Positions 11,101-21,719 of a stretch of DNA of 64,000 bases are shown here, piece by piece. The notes beneath the pieces are model-generated. The model was not told where the DNA came from. It did not search any database and saw only the letters and a list, made by a program, of their open reading frames with translations. Source of the stretch: a virus; the IMG/VR virus record IMGVR_UViG_3300044846_001970, positions 1-64,000 of that record; one strand, given 5' to 3'. The position numbers and the translations under genes were made by a program. Each line of letters begins with the position of its first letter. Positions within the stretch are counted from its first letter, which is position 1.

Positions 11101-14100
11101 CCAGTGCTTCAGGTTCAGATTTAATATAAGTCTGAAACTTATTGCGTAAATCTTCTTCTGTAAGTGAATCTGGAAATAGTGATTTATTTTTTGGATCAGC
11201 TCTGTATGCATCATAGGCATCAATAAGCTGTACTCTTAAATCAGTTGGCATGTCTTCAACTAAAGTATCTGCAGTTATTTCTACAGCAGGGGTACTTTCA
11301 GTTGGAACAAAAGGCTTTGATGTTTCTTCTACAGATTCTTCAGCAGCTTTTGCTCTTGCTTCATCATATTTATCTTTTACTAGTTTAGCCTCTTCTACAT
11401 TAGGGGTTTCTACTAAAGAAAATATTTCTGCAGAATCAAACTTAATTTTTCCTTCTTCACCTTTAGCTTTAAGATCTACAGGTTCTCCAGTTGCATTATC
11501 AAATCTTAAAACACCATCTTTATCTTTAAAGTAAATTTGTGTTTTAACAGTACCATCATTATATGTAGCTTCAACATATTGATCAATACCAACTTGATCT
11601 GCTATAACTTGTATACTAAATGGTTTAGGACTATCTATATCCCTTACCTTAACCCTTTTTTCTTCACGGGGTAACTTGTTTAATTCATCTTGTTCTTCAG
11701 CATTTAATCTAGCAATATTATCATTAAGTTTATCACTGCCAGATTTTTGACTTTCTACCAATTCTAGTATGTAATGTAACTTGCTAAACTCAGTAAGTAA
11801 TTGCTCATATATTGGACTTCCTGCTTTAATAACTCTTTTATTAGTAGCATCAAAAAATTCTGTAGGTAATGTACCAAACTCTTTAAAGTCAGCAAACTCA
11901 TCTAGATCAACATAGATTCCTCTAGAAGCCATCTCATTTAGAAGTTGGTTATACTTAAGTCTTTCTAATTGATCATTAATATTTTTTTTAATACTTTCTT
12001 CTCTATTATTCCATGAATCAGACATCCAGTCATATGTTCTTTCTACATGATCCATAAAGCCAGAAGGATCTGTTAACATATTTACTGCATCAGAAAGCTT
12101 ATATGATTCCTCTCCTAGTCTATAATAGTCTACAAGTTTTTCAAAAGCTTGATCTATATTACCATCAAGAATTATATCATCACTTTGTTTAGCAAGAATC
12201 TTCATGTATTTTTTAAAAGAAGCTTCTAGTCTATTCATAATCATTTGATCTTTTACTTCTGATCTATCATTATTTTCAGCAGCTAAAATCCTTTGTTCTT
12301 TTTCTATTTTATCTATCTTTCTATCAATAGATTGAATTTCTTTTTCAGAATATTTACTATCATTTATATAAGTTTCATAATACTCAGGAGATTGTAATTG
12401 TTCTCTTCTAGCCTTAAGTTTAGCAAGCTCTGTAGATAAGGCTTCTTCTTTTTCTTTATATTCTAAATTAGCTGCATCATTTTCTTCTGCTTCAGTTAAG
12501 TTAGCTGATCTTTTTTCAAAACTTTTTAATTTAATTTCTTTAAGTTTTCTTTGAGATCTTTTATCTCCTTTTAAAGGAGCATTTGCATCAATTTCATCTT
12601 CAACATATTCTTTTTCTTTTGTATTTCCTTTTTGTTCATTATTATAAAAGTGGTCCATAAACCCAGAAAGCTCAACCTTAAATTCTTTTAATCCAGTTAA
12701 AAGCTCAGTTTTTTCTTTAACTTGTTTTTTTGAATAATCATCATCAAGACCTTTAAGACTTGTTAATTCATTTTCAATAATATTTATCTCACTATCTAAT
12801 CTACTTTCTTTAAGAAGAACTTGTACTCTGTTTGGATCAATTTTTCCAATTAATTTATTTGAAGCTAAATCTTGAAATACACTTTGCATACGCATAACTG
12901 TATTCTTAAATGTTTCATTATAAAATATAATTGCTTTTTTACCTTCTTCCCAAGCAGCATGACCTATTGCTGCTTTTTCATATGCTAGAGTACCTTTTTC
13001 ATAATCTTGTAAATTTACAGGATTAGGCATTACATCATTTATTTTCTTATACTGTTTTTCAATTTCTTGTGTTCTGGTAATAAGAACATCAAGTTTTTCA
13101 ACATGTCCTTTTGTTTCCTCTTCAGTTGAATTCATCATCTCTGCATACTCCTCAGAAGTTAATTGCTTTAATGATTCAAGATACTCAACATAAGTATCAA
13201 CTTGATCCATTTCTATTAGATTAGTAACTTGCTTTATAGTAGCTTCATTTCTTGCATCTAATTGTTCTTTAGTAGTTCCAGATTGTATAACTTTATTTAA
13301 TTCAGCTTGTTCTCCTAAACCAAATAAACGTGTATTAAAAAATTTAAGGGGATCATTTTGAAAAGTATCATTTACAGATTTGGCCATATTAATGCCATAG
13401 TTTTTTAAATATTCTTTATCTGCTTTATATTGTTCTTTATTAAATATTTTTTGTTTTGTTTTTTGAAGAAAAGGTAATGCCTTATTAAGTGGGTGTGCCA
13501 TTGTCCCCATAGCAAACCCTGATAAAAAAGTTTCTCCACCTTCCCAACTAAATTGTTTTCCAAGAGCATCTTTAAACATTTTACCTCCTGATCTTTTATC
13601 ACGAAGTACTTCTAATTGAGCTGTAGTAAAAAGATTAGCAGAAACAGGTTCAGAATAAAAAGCTTGTTTATGATAATCTTTTGATGTATTAGAAATTATA
13701 TCTTGTACAGATTCTTGTACACCTTCCATTAAATTAGCTTTACCATAACCAATGGTTTTTAAGGCTACCTTTTGAAAACCTTGTTTCCTTATTGATTGTG
13801 CTGTACCTTTAAATCCTTTCCAACCCTTATCAATCCAACTTAATTTAGGAGTTAAAACTTTTGCACCACTTTTTAATGTTTTTGTAGTAAATTCTCTAAC
13901 TGTTTGACCAGCTGCATTTTTCTTAACAGTAGAAAGACTTTTATTAAGTAATGCAGTTACTCCTCTTTTAGGATTCATTATGTTATCAAAACCAACTTTA
14001 TTACTTGCATAAATAATAAGAGTATTAGCAAACATTCCATCTGCACTTGCTTGACCAGCTTCATTTTTTATTCTATCTAATGTAGCATCATCAGGTCTTT

Positions 14101-15196
14101 CTCCATTATGAGTTTTTTTATATTCTTCAACTCTTTCATTAAAGAAATCATTTCTTATAAATCCTCCTTCAAGTCTAGCTTCAGATAAAGCCATATTTAT
14201 ATTTCTAACATCACTATATAAAGCACCTACTGTTTTAAATGTACCTGATGATGCTCTAGCCAAATTATTTAATTGACCTTTATTTCTTATAATATTACCA
14301 ATAGCCTCTGTAGTATTTGATAATGGATTAACAAAATTGACAATCTTTTTACCAATATTAGCACCTTTTTCTACTGCTTTTGAAGCAGCTAATAGTTCTC
14401 TTGTTTTGTGTAAAGCATTTAATTCTTGAAGATATTTTCCTGTTTTAAATGAAGCTTCAGCAACATTTGACATAGCTTTTATACCTTCTAATCCTTCTGC
14501 TACTCTTCTTCCTGCATTTAATAAACGGTAAGTTGTTACAGCACCTGTTGGTGTTGCTGTAAGGGCACTTATTCCCATACCAATTACTTCTTCTGCAATT
14601 GCTTCAGACATTATACCTGCTGTATAAGCAAAACTTACTCCTAAGTTATTAGTAAATCCTACAAATCCACCTTTAGTTGAATTACCAATAGCAGCTGCTC
14701 TAGCATAACCAGTTGCTTCTTCTGGATCATCTCCAAAATCACCTTGTAATGCTCTACCTAAACTTTTAACTCCTGATGTAAAACCTCTTGCAAATAAAGG
14801 AGCCATAGAATATGTCAAAGATCTTTTATATTCTGACATTGCACTTGTACCAGCATTAAATTCTGCATCATTATTTTTAAATGGAGAGAATCCTATTCTA
14901 TCAAAAGTTTCATTACCATAGGCTTTATATCTATTATAGTATGAACTACTGTTTATACCAGCATCATAAGTATAAGGTGTTATTACAGGAGCTGTAGCAA
15001 AGTTACCTACATCTTTTCTTAAAAATTGAGTTAGTGTTTCATTAGCAGCATCAGCAGGAGTATAACCTTTTTTTGGATCAGTTGGTGTTGGATTAAATGA
15101 TTCTTGAAGTTGTTTAGTAAATAAATCTTCAGAAGCATTAGCAGGTTCAGCCGGTATTCCAGCACTTGACATTAATAAATTAATATTATCAGGCAT
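8108..15196 (-). CDS. Giant virion ejection/cargo protein (2362 aa) with C-terminal PD-(D/E)xK nuclease-like domain
   Basis: Long ORF next to the vRNAP. N-terminal Ala/Gly-rich hydrophobic helices and an EGVQESVQ motif, a coiled-coil middle, and C-terminal AGEIDLLLV...IVDLKTG...YQQGAY (RecB/PD-(D/E)xK pattern). Confidence 0.75.
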   Translation of the reverse strand: MPDNINLLMSSAGIPAEPANASEDLFTKQLQESFNPTPTDPKKGYTPADAANETLTQFLRKDVGNFATAPVITPYTYDAGINSSSYYNRYKAYGNETFDRIGFSPFKNNDAEFNAGTSAMSEYKRSLTYSMAPLFARGFTSGVKSLGRALQGDFGDDPEEATGYARAAAIGNSTKGGFVGFTNNLGVSFAYTAGIMSEAIAEEVIGMGISALTATPTGAVTTYRLLNAGRRVAEGLEGIKAMSNVAEASFKTGKYLQELNALHKTRELLAASKAVEKGANIGKKIVNFVNPLSNTTEAIGNIIRNKGQLNNLARASSGTFKTVGALYSDVRNINMALSEARLEGGFIRNDFFNERVEEYKKTHNGERPDDATLDRIKNEAGQASADGMFANTLIIYASNKVGFDNIMNPKRGVTALLNKSLSTVKKNAAGQTVREFTTKTLKSGAKVLTPKLSWIDKGWKGFKGTAQSIRKQGFQKVALKTIGYGKANLMEGVQESVQDIISNTSKDYHKQAFYSEPVSANLFTTAQLEVLRDKRSGGKMFKDALGKQFSWEGGETFLSGFAMGTMAHPLNKALPFLQKTKQKIFNKEQYKADKEYLKNYGINMAKSVNDTFQNDPLKFFNTRLFGLGEQAELNKVIQSGTTKEQLDARNEATIKQVTNLIEMDQVDTYVEYLESLKQLTSEEYAEMMNSTEEETKGHVEKLDVLITRTQEIEKQYKKINDVMPNPVNLQDYEKGTLAYEKAAIGHAAWEEGKKAIIFYNETFKNTVMRMQSVFQDLASNKLIGKIDPNRVQVLLKESRLDSEINIIENELTSLKGLDDDYSKKQVKEKTELLTGLKEFKVELSGFMDHFYNNEQKGNTKEKEYVEDEIDANAPLKGDKRSQRKLKEIKLKSFEKRSANLTEAEENDAANLEYKEKEEALSTELAKLKARREQLQSPEYYETYINDSKYSEKEIQSIDRKIDKIEKEQRILAAENNDRSEVKDQMIMNRLEASFKKYMKILAKQSDDIILDGNIDQAFEKLVDYYRLGEESYKLSDAVNMLTDPSGFMDHVERTYDWMSDSWNNREESIKKNINDQLERLKYNQLLNEMASRGIYVDLDEFADFKEFGTLPTEFFDATNKRVIKAGSPIYEQLLTEFSKLHYILELVESQKSGSDKLNDNIARLNAEEQDELNKLPREEKRVKVRDIDSPKPFSIQVIADQVGIDQYVEATYNDGTVKTQIYFKDKDGVLRFDNATGEPVDLKAKGEEGKIKFDSAEIFSLVETPNVEEAKLVKDKYDEARAKAAEESVEETSKPFVPTESTPAVEITADTLVEDMPTDLRVQLIDAYDAYRADPKNKSLFPDSLTEEDLRNKFQTYIKSEPEALEIIETYLKEQKLKTATEPSGDVVVPMITLPNGKTVSADEVDDATLQAALKRYRLLISEMNNKDASKLSPQEREDFARLKIKANILSAYIENERVKEMSPELQKAQVIIDQLQKEQEKITPMPTGYDVEGDILRRVSNVIAGLKGSVYQYGAMDGSMDEIRALYNQTIGAGLSVDDFVQKIIEAKLPGFNMWSTKGEDTYNFDKFKADIEAAIADQSTQPTTDTNVVQENQPRKPGFKNSIVKKEGSTTKSGDKVTEYNSYAVDENGNEIKMSGGGIITTVGELAAVSENSSAFYAEDENGDLTILKLDPNTKIKINKTIEGNDRKGNYQQRITVTLVGNDTFSGGDARTDFLTTKDIFSTPVYKTNTTTTDTKADIERRKKQSLSEKEWSTGPVKGAYLRQESDGRWSSMYFKPSTTGVDGEGVYRNTKEEVIAELEKMYNAELAALEGAKTSTTEVAVTYASLLDNAITQQSQDQTKGLNFLFFGNLENALKSNVIKSKAELNDIISVWDEQAAYNGNPNRMTDRQASRLAKLSESLPETTPVTQTTTTTEVSKPSVLEAVEALVTEKTYEENRVGGNYIDAQGKLFFNGEKPVFDPKKITKEAFDALYGDNGLFQIVQQWIDTNDLIIVSKGLVVYDKQAKVAGEIDLLLVNKKGEFFIVDLKTGSKAKWEDYNTPGKADYQKKIENTYQQGAYVNLLYNMFGIKATPKIFPIEIFLDSTTGKVLKASKPTSSTALKPGKILIDLDITKEMQDKLDEIIPPTTPSVSAVPLSASVEKIVGEKVPEPIEKSVSEEDAKLSDTVLKLKAEINKADFDKLQMIELNFGMKALTMTAEEVFQVQEMLDSRRALLTSGETVVMQEKSYTTGDEVFAESTIFAEKGKNKGEVFLQPYEVATIIKINFTANTVTIRPVGRTNEMTVPMETLDKTFKLKSEVTTEKVEETKTTTEDKILVEESNDIVSILTDDKVIQSKLEKEADAIGSVDDTLNELLEDLDC

Positions 15197-15203
15197 AACT
15201 TAA

Positions 15204-18200
15204 TTATTTATTTTGAATGTTTTCTGCTTGCTTTACTGTCTTTGCTAATTGTTCATTGACATAAAAATTAATAGCATCAATACCATCATCTCTAGAATTA
15301 TCAATATTACTACCAAACCCTGTAACATTATTTTCTGCTTCTCCAACAAGTTTACCATCATAGTCAAACAACTTTATAGTTGTAACATAATCAGGTTCTC
15401 CTTTGCCTCCTATTCTAATATTATATTCTCCTAAATTAGAAGGATGTTTCCAGGTATAACCTTGTCTATAATCTACGTGAGCTTGAAAAGCAGATATTTG
15501 AGATTTAATTAATAGATTATTAAAGTCTCCTTGTTCACCAATAATACCTAAACCATTTAAAGTTAAAAGATCATAATCTTCTTTACTAAGTGAACCATTT
15601 GGATTTTTATCAGCATCAATAAGTTCTGACTTTAAAAATTTATCAGGAAGCATAAATTTCATACCTGAATTATCTTTACTATCATTAGCATATTTTTGAG
15701 CAATCATATCAAAACCATTAGCTTTAGTTGCATTTTCTTTGGTCCACTCCATAAATTTATTCATTAGAGCAATTCCTTTTGTATTTACTTCTCCTATATC
15801 TCCATCTTCTCCTTCACCTGTATCCCAACCTGATGAACCTAAGCCACTAAAAGTCATTCTTCTATTATTACCATTAACTTTTCCTTTTATATTTTCCCAA
15901 TCTTGAACCCAAGTTCCGAAAGCTACAGATCCTGGACTATCAGCTTTTGCAAGATTAACATTTGCTTTTAATCCAGGTGCACCAATACCATATTTTGGAT
16001 CATATGCTCCTGGTGAAGCACTTGCAAAACCTGGTATAGTTTCAGTTAAAATACCTTTATCATTAGAATTACTATATATAGCTCTAGCTGACTCACCAAA
16101 TTTCTTAGCAAATATATTAGAAACTTCTGAAGGTGCATAATTAGTATATGTTGGACTAGTATTATAACCTTCCATTCCTGCACCATCAGAATTTTGCCAA
16201 CTTAAGTTATAAGCTTCTGAACCTTTAATATGTTTATTAGCATTCTTATTTGGATCTTTTCCAAAATATGCACTAGGTTGATTATCTTCATATACTCTAT
16301 TTAACTTAGTATCATAATCTCCTCTTCCAGAATAAGGATTTGCTACTCCACCAGTTGCTGGTCCTGTTTTAACCCATTCTTTACCACCAGGAACTTTAGG
16401 ATTATCTACTAAAGTTTTTCCTAAAGATGTTTCATACTTATTAACTTGTATTTCATAATTTGTTAGAGGTTTATAACTATAGTTAAAGTTATCAGCTGCA
16501 TCAAAAGAATTTTCAAGTTCTTCCTCATATCTACTCATATTATAACCTCTAAATATACCATTCTCTATAATAGGTGTTCCAAAATCTTGTCTTATCCCTG
16601 CATCATTTTTAAAAGAATTATACATATCAGCTATAATAGCTTTTTTAGAATTTGTTTTCCAAGTCTTACCATCTTGATAATTATCACTTACAGCATTTGC
16701 ATTTGCAAGTTTTTGAAATAATCCCTTCTCATTAACTTCTTGTTTAACTATAGAATTTTCTGAGTTTGCATAAATAAATTTTGTTATATTTTTAACTACA
16801 TTAGATGTATAATTATAATTAGGATCATCTGATACAACAAGATCCTTTGCTAATGGATCTTCATTAGTTCTTCCTAAAAAGAAAGCTCCACCAGACCTTT
16901 GAATAGTTTCTTTAAGTTTTTTTGGATCACTATATTGTTCTTCATCAAATATTGCTTTTCCAGTTTTTGTATTTATATTAGCATTCAAATCAATCCAACT
17001 TAGTTCAGTACTCTTTAAAGAGCCATCTCTTTTACGGCCAGTTGACTCAACCCAAGCTTTTACAGGATTATCAGTAACTCCTTTATTTACCTGTACCTGC
17101 CGTTCCTTAATACTTTTAAATATTGGATCTCCAACTGAAGTTGGGGCAAATATATTTTTCATATCATCAGCACTTATAGCACCTGCTGTTTTTAATCTTT
17201 CAAACATAGATAATGATTGTAATACTCCAGGTTCTATACTTGAACTAAACATATTATTGAGATCTATATTTAACATCTCATTTACATTTTGTTGATTAAG
17301 ATTTCCTCCTTCTGGTGCTACAACAGTAAAAGGATTTCCACTTGCATCATATCCATTATCTTTATTTTCTTTTGCAACTTTTGTTGCTTCAGCTAAATTT
17401 TCAGAAGCTGTTTTATTTGGATCTGGTGTAAATACTTGTGGTACATAACCAGGTTCTTTTTCACCTTTTTTACCACCACCACCTTTTCCACCGCCACCTT
17501 TACCACCACCAGTAAGTGGTTTTTTCTCTCCAGTATAAGTAAACTCATCATAATAGGCATCTGCTTTTCTTTTATTTATAGCATTATCACCTCTTAATTG
17601 TTCAGTTCTATATCTCCATGATCCAGCAGCATTAATCTCTGATAACTGTTGTTTATGTTTCATATCAAGAACAGCATAAGGATTTTCTTTAAAATCTTCT
17701 TTTGCATCTTTGTAAGCAAAAGTTTCTGCTCCATTCATAATGTCACCATTCATCATATCATATGCAACATTACCATCTACAATTCTTCTTAGTTGATCAA
17801 TATCTTTATAAGGATTATGAAATTCTCCAGTACTAGTATTACCACTACTTGAGTAAGCTCCATTTAAATCATCAAGTTGTGAATCAAGTTTTGATAATAT
17901 ATTATCATTAACATCTTTACCATCTTGATACTCTTTTAAAGTTTTTTCTAAAAGAGGATTAGTTCCTTTTTGTTTTATTTGCTTTTGTATATCTGCAATA
18001 CGGGCATCATAAGTTCCAGAAACTGATTGAACATTTTTTTGTCTATCAGCTACTCTATCTCTCATTCCAGTATAGGCTGTTTCAAGATATTTCATTTCAG
18101 CTTGTTGAACTCCACCATATTTATCAGCATCCCTATAGGCAGCATCTTTTCTATTAACATAAGATTGTGTTTTATAGACAGCTTGAACACCTGGATCAGA

Positions 18201-18869
18201 ACCTAATTGTGCTTCAAATAGTTTACTTAAAGGTTCTTTAAGTATTTCACCATTTTTATTCTTAATAATCCACATGCCATCTTGACTCATAGATGTTTTT
18301 TCAAAAGAAAGATCAGCATCTTTTGCAAGATCCATTATCTTTTTTTGAATATTAACATAGGGTGTATATACAGGAGAAGAAATTCCCATTGCAGTATTTG
18401 CATCAGCATTTTTAAATTCTTCTTTTCTATATTGAAGTTCTTTTATACCATCTTCCCAATAACTATCTCTTGCTTTTTGATCTTCACTCTTTAGTAAACC
18501 TTGTGCTTCTCCAAGTTCTTTATTAAAGTTCTTAGTCCAAGCCATATCTTTCATAAGATTAGTATCTTCATAAAAAGATTTAAAAATTTGACCTGCTTGC
18601 TGTACATTTTTTTCTTGAGAAAGATCAAGTCCAGCTATTCTTTTTAAATCAAAGTCTATTTGTTTTACTGTATTGTCTCTTTTTTTAATATTATCTTCTC
18701 TTGTTAGATCACCATAATAATATTGACCATACATTTTACCCAACTGAGCATAGTTAGTGTCATACTGAGATTGCTTCAGTTGAAGTAAATTTGAAACAAC
18801 ATTTAAACCATTATCATAAGGTTGTAATGATGGGATGATTGATTCAACACCTTGTAAATAAGTTCCCAT
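15204..18869 (-). CDS. Large virion cargo/ejection protein (1221 aa)
   Basis: Lies between the cargo genes and the giant ejection proteins. Helical N-terminus (QPYDNGLNVVSNLLQLKQSQYD) and a Gly/Lys linker GGGKGGGGKGGGGKKG. Confidence 0.6.
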   Translation of the reverse strand: MGTYLQGVESIIPSLQPYDNGLNVVSNLLQLKQSQYDTNYAQLGKMYGQYYYGDLTREDNIKKRDNTVKQIDFDLKRIAGLDLSQEKNVQQAGQIFKSFYEDTNLMKDMAWTKNFNKELGEAQGLLKSEDQKARDSYWEDGIKELQYRKEEFKNADANTAMGISSPVYTPYVNIQKKIMDLAKDADLSFEKTSMSQDGMWIIKNKNGEILKEPLSKLFEAQLGSDPGVQAVYKTQSYVNRKDAAYRDADKYGGVQQAEMKYLETAYTGMRDRVADRQKNVQSVSGTYDARIADIQKQIKQKGTNPLLEKTLKEYQDGKDVNDNILSKLDSQLDDLNGAYSSSGNTSTGEFHNPYKDIDQLRRIVDGNVAYDMMNGDIMNGAETFAYKDAKEDFKENPYAVLDMKHKQQLSEINAAGSWRYRTEQLRGDNAINKRKADAYYDEFTYTGEKKPLTGGGKGGGGKGGGGKKGEKEPGYVPQVFTPDPNKTASENLAEATKVAKENKDNGYDASGNPFTVVAPEGGNLNQQNVNEMLNIDLNNMFSSSIEPGVLQSLSMFERLKTAGAISADDMKNIFAPTSVGDPIFKSIKERQVQVNKGVTDNPVKAWVESTGRKRDGSLKSTELSWIDLNANINTKTGKAIFDEEQYSDPKKLKETIQRSGGAFFLGRTNEDPLAKDLVVSDDPNYNYTSNVVKNITKFIYANSENSIVKQEVNEKGLFQKLANANAVSDNYQDGKTWKTNSKKAIIADMYNSFKNDAGIRQDFGTPIIENGIFRGYNMSRYEEELENSFDAADNFNYSYKPLTNYEIQVNKYETSLGKTLVDNPKVPGGKEWVKTGPATGGVANPYSGRGDYDTKLNRVYEDNQPSAYFGKDPNKNANKHIKGSEAYNLSWQNSDGAGMEGYNTSPTYTNYAPSEVSNIFAKKFGESARAIYSNSNDKGILTETIPGFASASPGAYDPKYGIGAPGLKANVNLAKADSPGSVAFGTWVQDWENIKGKVNGNNRRMTFSGLGSSGWDTGEGEDGDIGEVNTKGIALMNKFMEWTKENATKANGFDMIAQKYANDSKDNSGMKFMLPDKFLKSELIDADKNPNGSLSKEDYDLLTLNGLGIIGEQGDFNNLLIKSQISAFQAHVDYRQGYTWKHPSNLGEYNIRIGGKGEPDYVTTIKLFDYDGKLVGEAENNVTGFGSNIDNSRDDGIDAINFYVNEQLAKTVKQAENIQNK

Positions 18870-18933
18870 ATATTTATATTTCTTTGTATTGTAAAAATAT
18901 TAAAATTTATTTAGTTTACTAAACTTTAAAAGT

Positions 18934-21714
18934 TTAACGTAGTTTAAAAGGATATACTGTATCAGCTAAAAGAAACCCTCCTTCTGCAAATATATTACCA
19001 CCCATTCTTTTTTGTTGTTTATTCATTCTCATTTGTAAATCAATTGCTCTTAAAGCATCTGCATCACTTGTTATACCTTCTTTTTTATAATCAGACATTT
19101 GATCTAATACAGATTTAGTAGGAGCTGTTGGTGTAATAGGAGTATTATTTGTATTGTAATATCCTTCATTACCTTGAGAATCTATACCCCACTTCATACC
19201 TTGAGCTGCATTAGTTGCGGCAAGTGCTCTAGCATTACCCTTCATTTTACCATACTTATTAGCAACATTTGCCCATTGATTATTATTATCTTGGGCTACA
19301 TTACTTGCCCATGTAGCATGTTGAGGATTATAAGTATCTTGAGCTTGTTTGCCAAGTAATAATTGATCCCATTGATGAGAAACATTTGCTTTTCTAAGAG
19401 CTGTTGCTTTATCAGCATTACTAGCATTAGTTTGACTAGCAAGATTAATTATATTATTTTGACCAGCTGCTTCTGCATTAAACAAAGCTGCCATAGTACC
19501 ACCCGGATTATTACCAGATACTTTACGTATTGCATCTTGTGTACTTCTAGTTTGTCCTTTAAGAAGTTCAGCTTGTCCCATATAATCTGTACCCCAAGCA
19601 TCTTCACGTACTCCTGGTGCTTTACCCATTATAGGTGCTTCATTAACATTTCTTGCACCCATTGCAACAGCTAATTCAAATTCATCTTCTGGAAGATTTT
19701 GTATTGGTGTAAAGTTTGATTCAGTTTCTTTTTCTTGTTCCCATGAATGACAATCTGTTCCACAAGGAACTATTGTTTCTTCATTAGAATAAGGGTCTGT
19801 ACAAAAACATTCCTCTTCAGGATTTTCAGGGCATGCAGAACATTCTCCTGTTGCAGGATCTTTAGTTCTTACAATAGGAGCACCATTAGCATCAACCATA
19901 GCAACACCTGTGACAGGATCAATACATGGAGGACATTCTTCTACAGGCTCTGGTTGCATATAAATAGCTTCTTCTTTTCCTTCTTCACCTTTAACTTCAC
20001 ATCCTTTTAAGTAACCTAAATTTGAAGGATCAGTAATACCTGCTTTTATCATTTCTTCAGCAGAAACTCCATAATAAGATCCACCTTTTTTAGTCATCCA
20101 AGCACATACATCTTCTTTAGTATATTTACCACCTTTTGTTACTTTTCCACGAGGTGTGAGTTTAACATTAGCACCGGAAGTACCTTCAGTTTTATTATAT
20201 TTATAATCTCCTTTTTCATCTTTTCTTTGTTCCCAAGTACTTTTATTATACTCATCTTTTTTTACTTCTCTAGTATTAATAGGTCTTCCATTTGCATCTA
20301 CAGCAGCACCTGTTACAGCTCTAGGCAAGTAACCACCATTCCTATAATATCCACCATAAGCATATTGATCAAAAGGCATATCATAACCACCCATCTGCAT
20401 ACCATAAGCTGCCATAGGAGCTTGTTGCATCTGTTGTTGTTGCATTGCCATCATTTGTTCCTCAGAAGGTTGAGCTTGTTGTTGCTGTCTTGGATCCATT
20501 TGAGGTTGTCCTTGACCACCTTGCATTTGCGCAGCCATCATCTGGGCCATTCTTGGGTCCATTTGTTGTTGAGGAGGCTGTTGCATTCCACCAGGTTGCC
20601 CTTGCATCATACCTTGTTGTTGAGCAGCCATTTGTTGTTGCTGCTGTTGAGCATTTTGTTGATATTCTGAAAGAGCTGTAAGAACAAATTCCTGAGCTTG
20701 TCTATCAGGTATATTTAAATTCATTAATACTTTTTTAATATCATCTACTGAAACTTGGTTTTGAATTAGACTAATAATAATCTCAGTCATTGGTGTACCA
20801 TTTTCCATTGCAGATCTTACCTTATCAGTAATTTCAGATAACACTTGTTCTAATCCTTTTTTAGCTTGTGGTAAAAATCCACCACGTCTCATTCCAGGTT
20901 GTTGCATACCAGGTTGTGGCATTTCTTGTGCTGTTTCTTCTGGCATAGCTACTGGAGAACCATCAGGCATTGTTGGTTGAGCACCTTGTGGTTGAGGTGC
21001 TTGTCCTTGAGGAGCACCTTCCATTCCTTGTTGTGGAGCAGATTCTTCTTTTTGAGCATCTGGAAGAATGTCTGCTTCTGTTATATTATTTTCTTCCATA
21101 TAGGCTTTTGCAACTACAGGTATACCTTGAGGAAATCCTTTTTTACTTTCTTGTGCTAAAGCTAAAGCTCCTAATTTAGATACTGCTTTTTTAATCATTA
21201 ATTGTGCAGTCTGAACAGCAATCTTATCTGATGTAGAATCTTGAAGAATACCTCTATACTTATTTAGAGTTAAAAATTGTTTTGATAAATCTGCAGGAGT
21301 ATAACCACCTTTTTTAATAGGCTTGTTAAACATTTTAAGAATACCAGGATCTTTAATCATCATAGACTTAGTATCACTAAAAATAAAACTATCATCTGGA
21401 AGATTTAATGGTACTCCATTATTTGAATGTCTTGGTCCTTTTATTTCATAAAATAAAGGATAACCAGAAGGATCAAATGTTAATACAGTCTCACCACCTT
21501 CAGCTTCTAGATTAGCTTCTTCTCTAGGAACTTTAGTAATAGTTTTTGTTTGAACTGCATCTTTACTTGAAAGCTTTAGGTCAGCTCCACCAAATGAAGA
21601 AATATCATTAGCTAATGAACCATCAACTTGATATCCTGTTTTAGCTTTAGGAGGACTAGTAACCCTTACCTTATAAATATCAGGTTCTTGAGAAATTTTA
21701 ACTCTATATTGCAT
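18934..21714 (-). CDS. Internal virion/cargo protein (926 aa) with EAEGGE-G.RHS domain, Q/M-rich region and multiple GG motifs
   Basis: ANLEAEGGETV...KGPRHSNNGVPL...FIFSD resembles a module I recognise from crAss-like cargo proteins. Also has a Q/M low-complexity tract and a Cys cluster. Confidence 0.6.
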   Translation of the reverse strand: MQYRVKISQEPDIYKVRVTSPPKAKTGYQVDGSLANDISSFGGADLKLSSKDAVQTKTITKVPREEANLEAEGGETVLTFDPSGYPLFYEIKGPRHSNNGVPLNLPDDSFIFSDTKSMMIKDPGILKMFNKPIKKGGYTPADLSKQFLTLNKYRGILQDSTSDKIAVQTAQLMIKKAVSKLGALALAQESKKGFPQGIPVVAKAYMEENNITEADILPDAQKEESAPQQGMEGAPQGQAPQPQGAQPTMPDGSPVAMPEETAQEMPQPGMQQPGMRRGGFLPQAKKGLEQVLSEITDKVRSAMENGTPMTEIIISLIQNQVSVDDIKKVLMNLNIPDRQAQEFVLTALSEYQQNAQQQQQQMAAQQQGMMQGQPGGMQQPPQQQMDPRMAQMMAAQMQGGQGQPQMDPRQQQQAQPSEEQMMAMQQQQMQQAPMAAYGMQMGGYDMPFDQYAYGGYYRNGGYLPRAVTGAAVDANGRPINTREVKKDEYNKSTWEQRKDEKGDYKYNKTEGTSGANVKLTPRGKVTKGGKYTKEDVCAWMTKKGGSYYGVSAEEMIKAGITDPSNLGYLKGCEVKGEEGKEEAIYMQPEPVEECPPCIDPVTGVAMVDANGAPIVRTKDPATGECSACPENPEEECFCTDPYSNEETIVPCGTDCHSWEQEKETESNFTPIQNLPEDEFELAVAMGARNVNEAPIMGKAPGVREDAWGTDYMGQAELLKGQTRSTQDAIRKVSGNNPGGTMAALFNAEAAGQNNIINLASQTNASNADKATALRKANVSHQWDQLLLGKQAQDTYNPQHATWASNVAQDNNNQWANVANKYGKMKGNARALAATNAAQGMKWGIDSQGNEGYYNTNNTPITPTAPTKSVLDQMSDYKKEGITSDADALRAIDLQMRMNKQQKRMGGNIFAEGGFLLADTVYPFKLR

Positions 21715-21719
21715 ATTAG

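Noticed and set aside
17460-17515. GGGKGGGGKGGGGKKG as part of the GG motif system or a P-loop
   Set aside because: It is a simple Gly/Lys low-complexity linker, with neither the motif's upstream residues nor a Walker A context.
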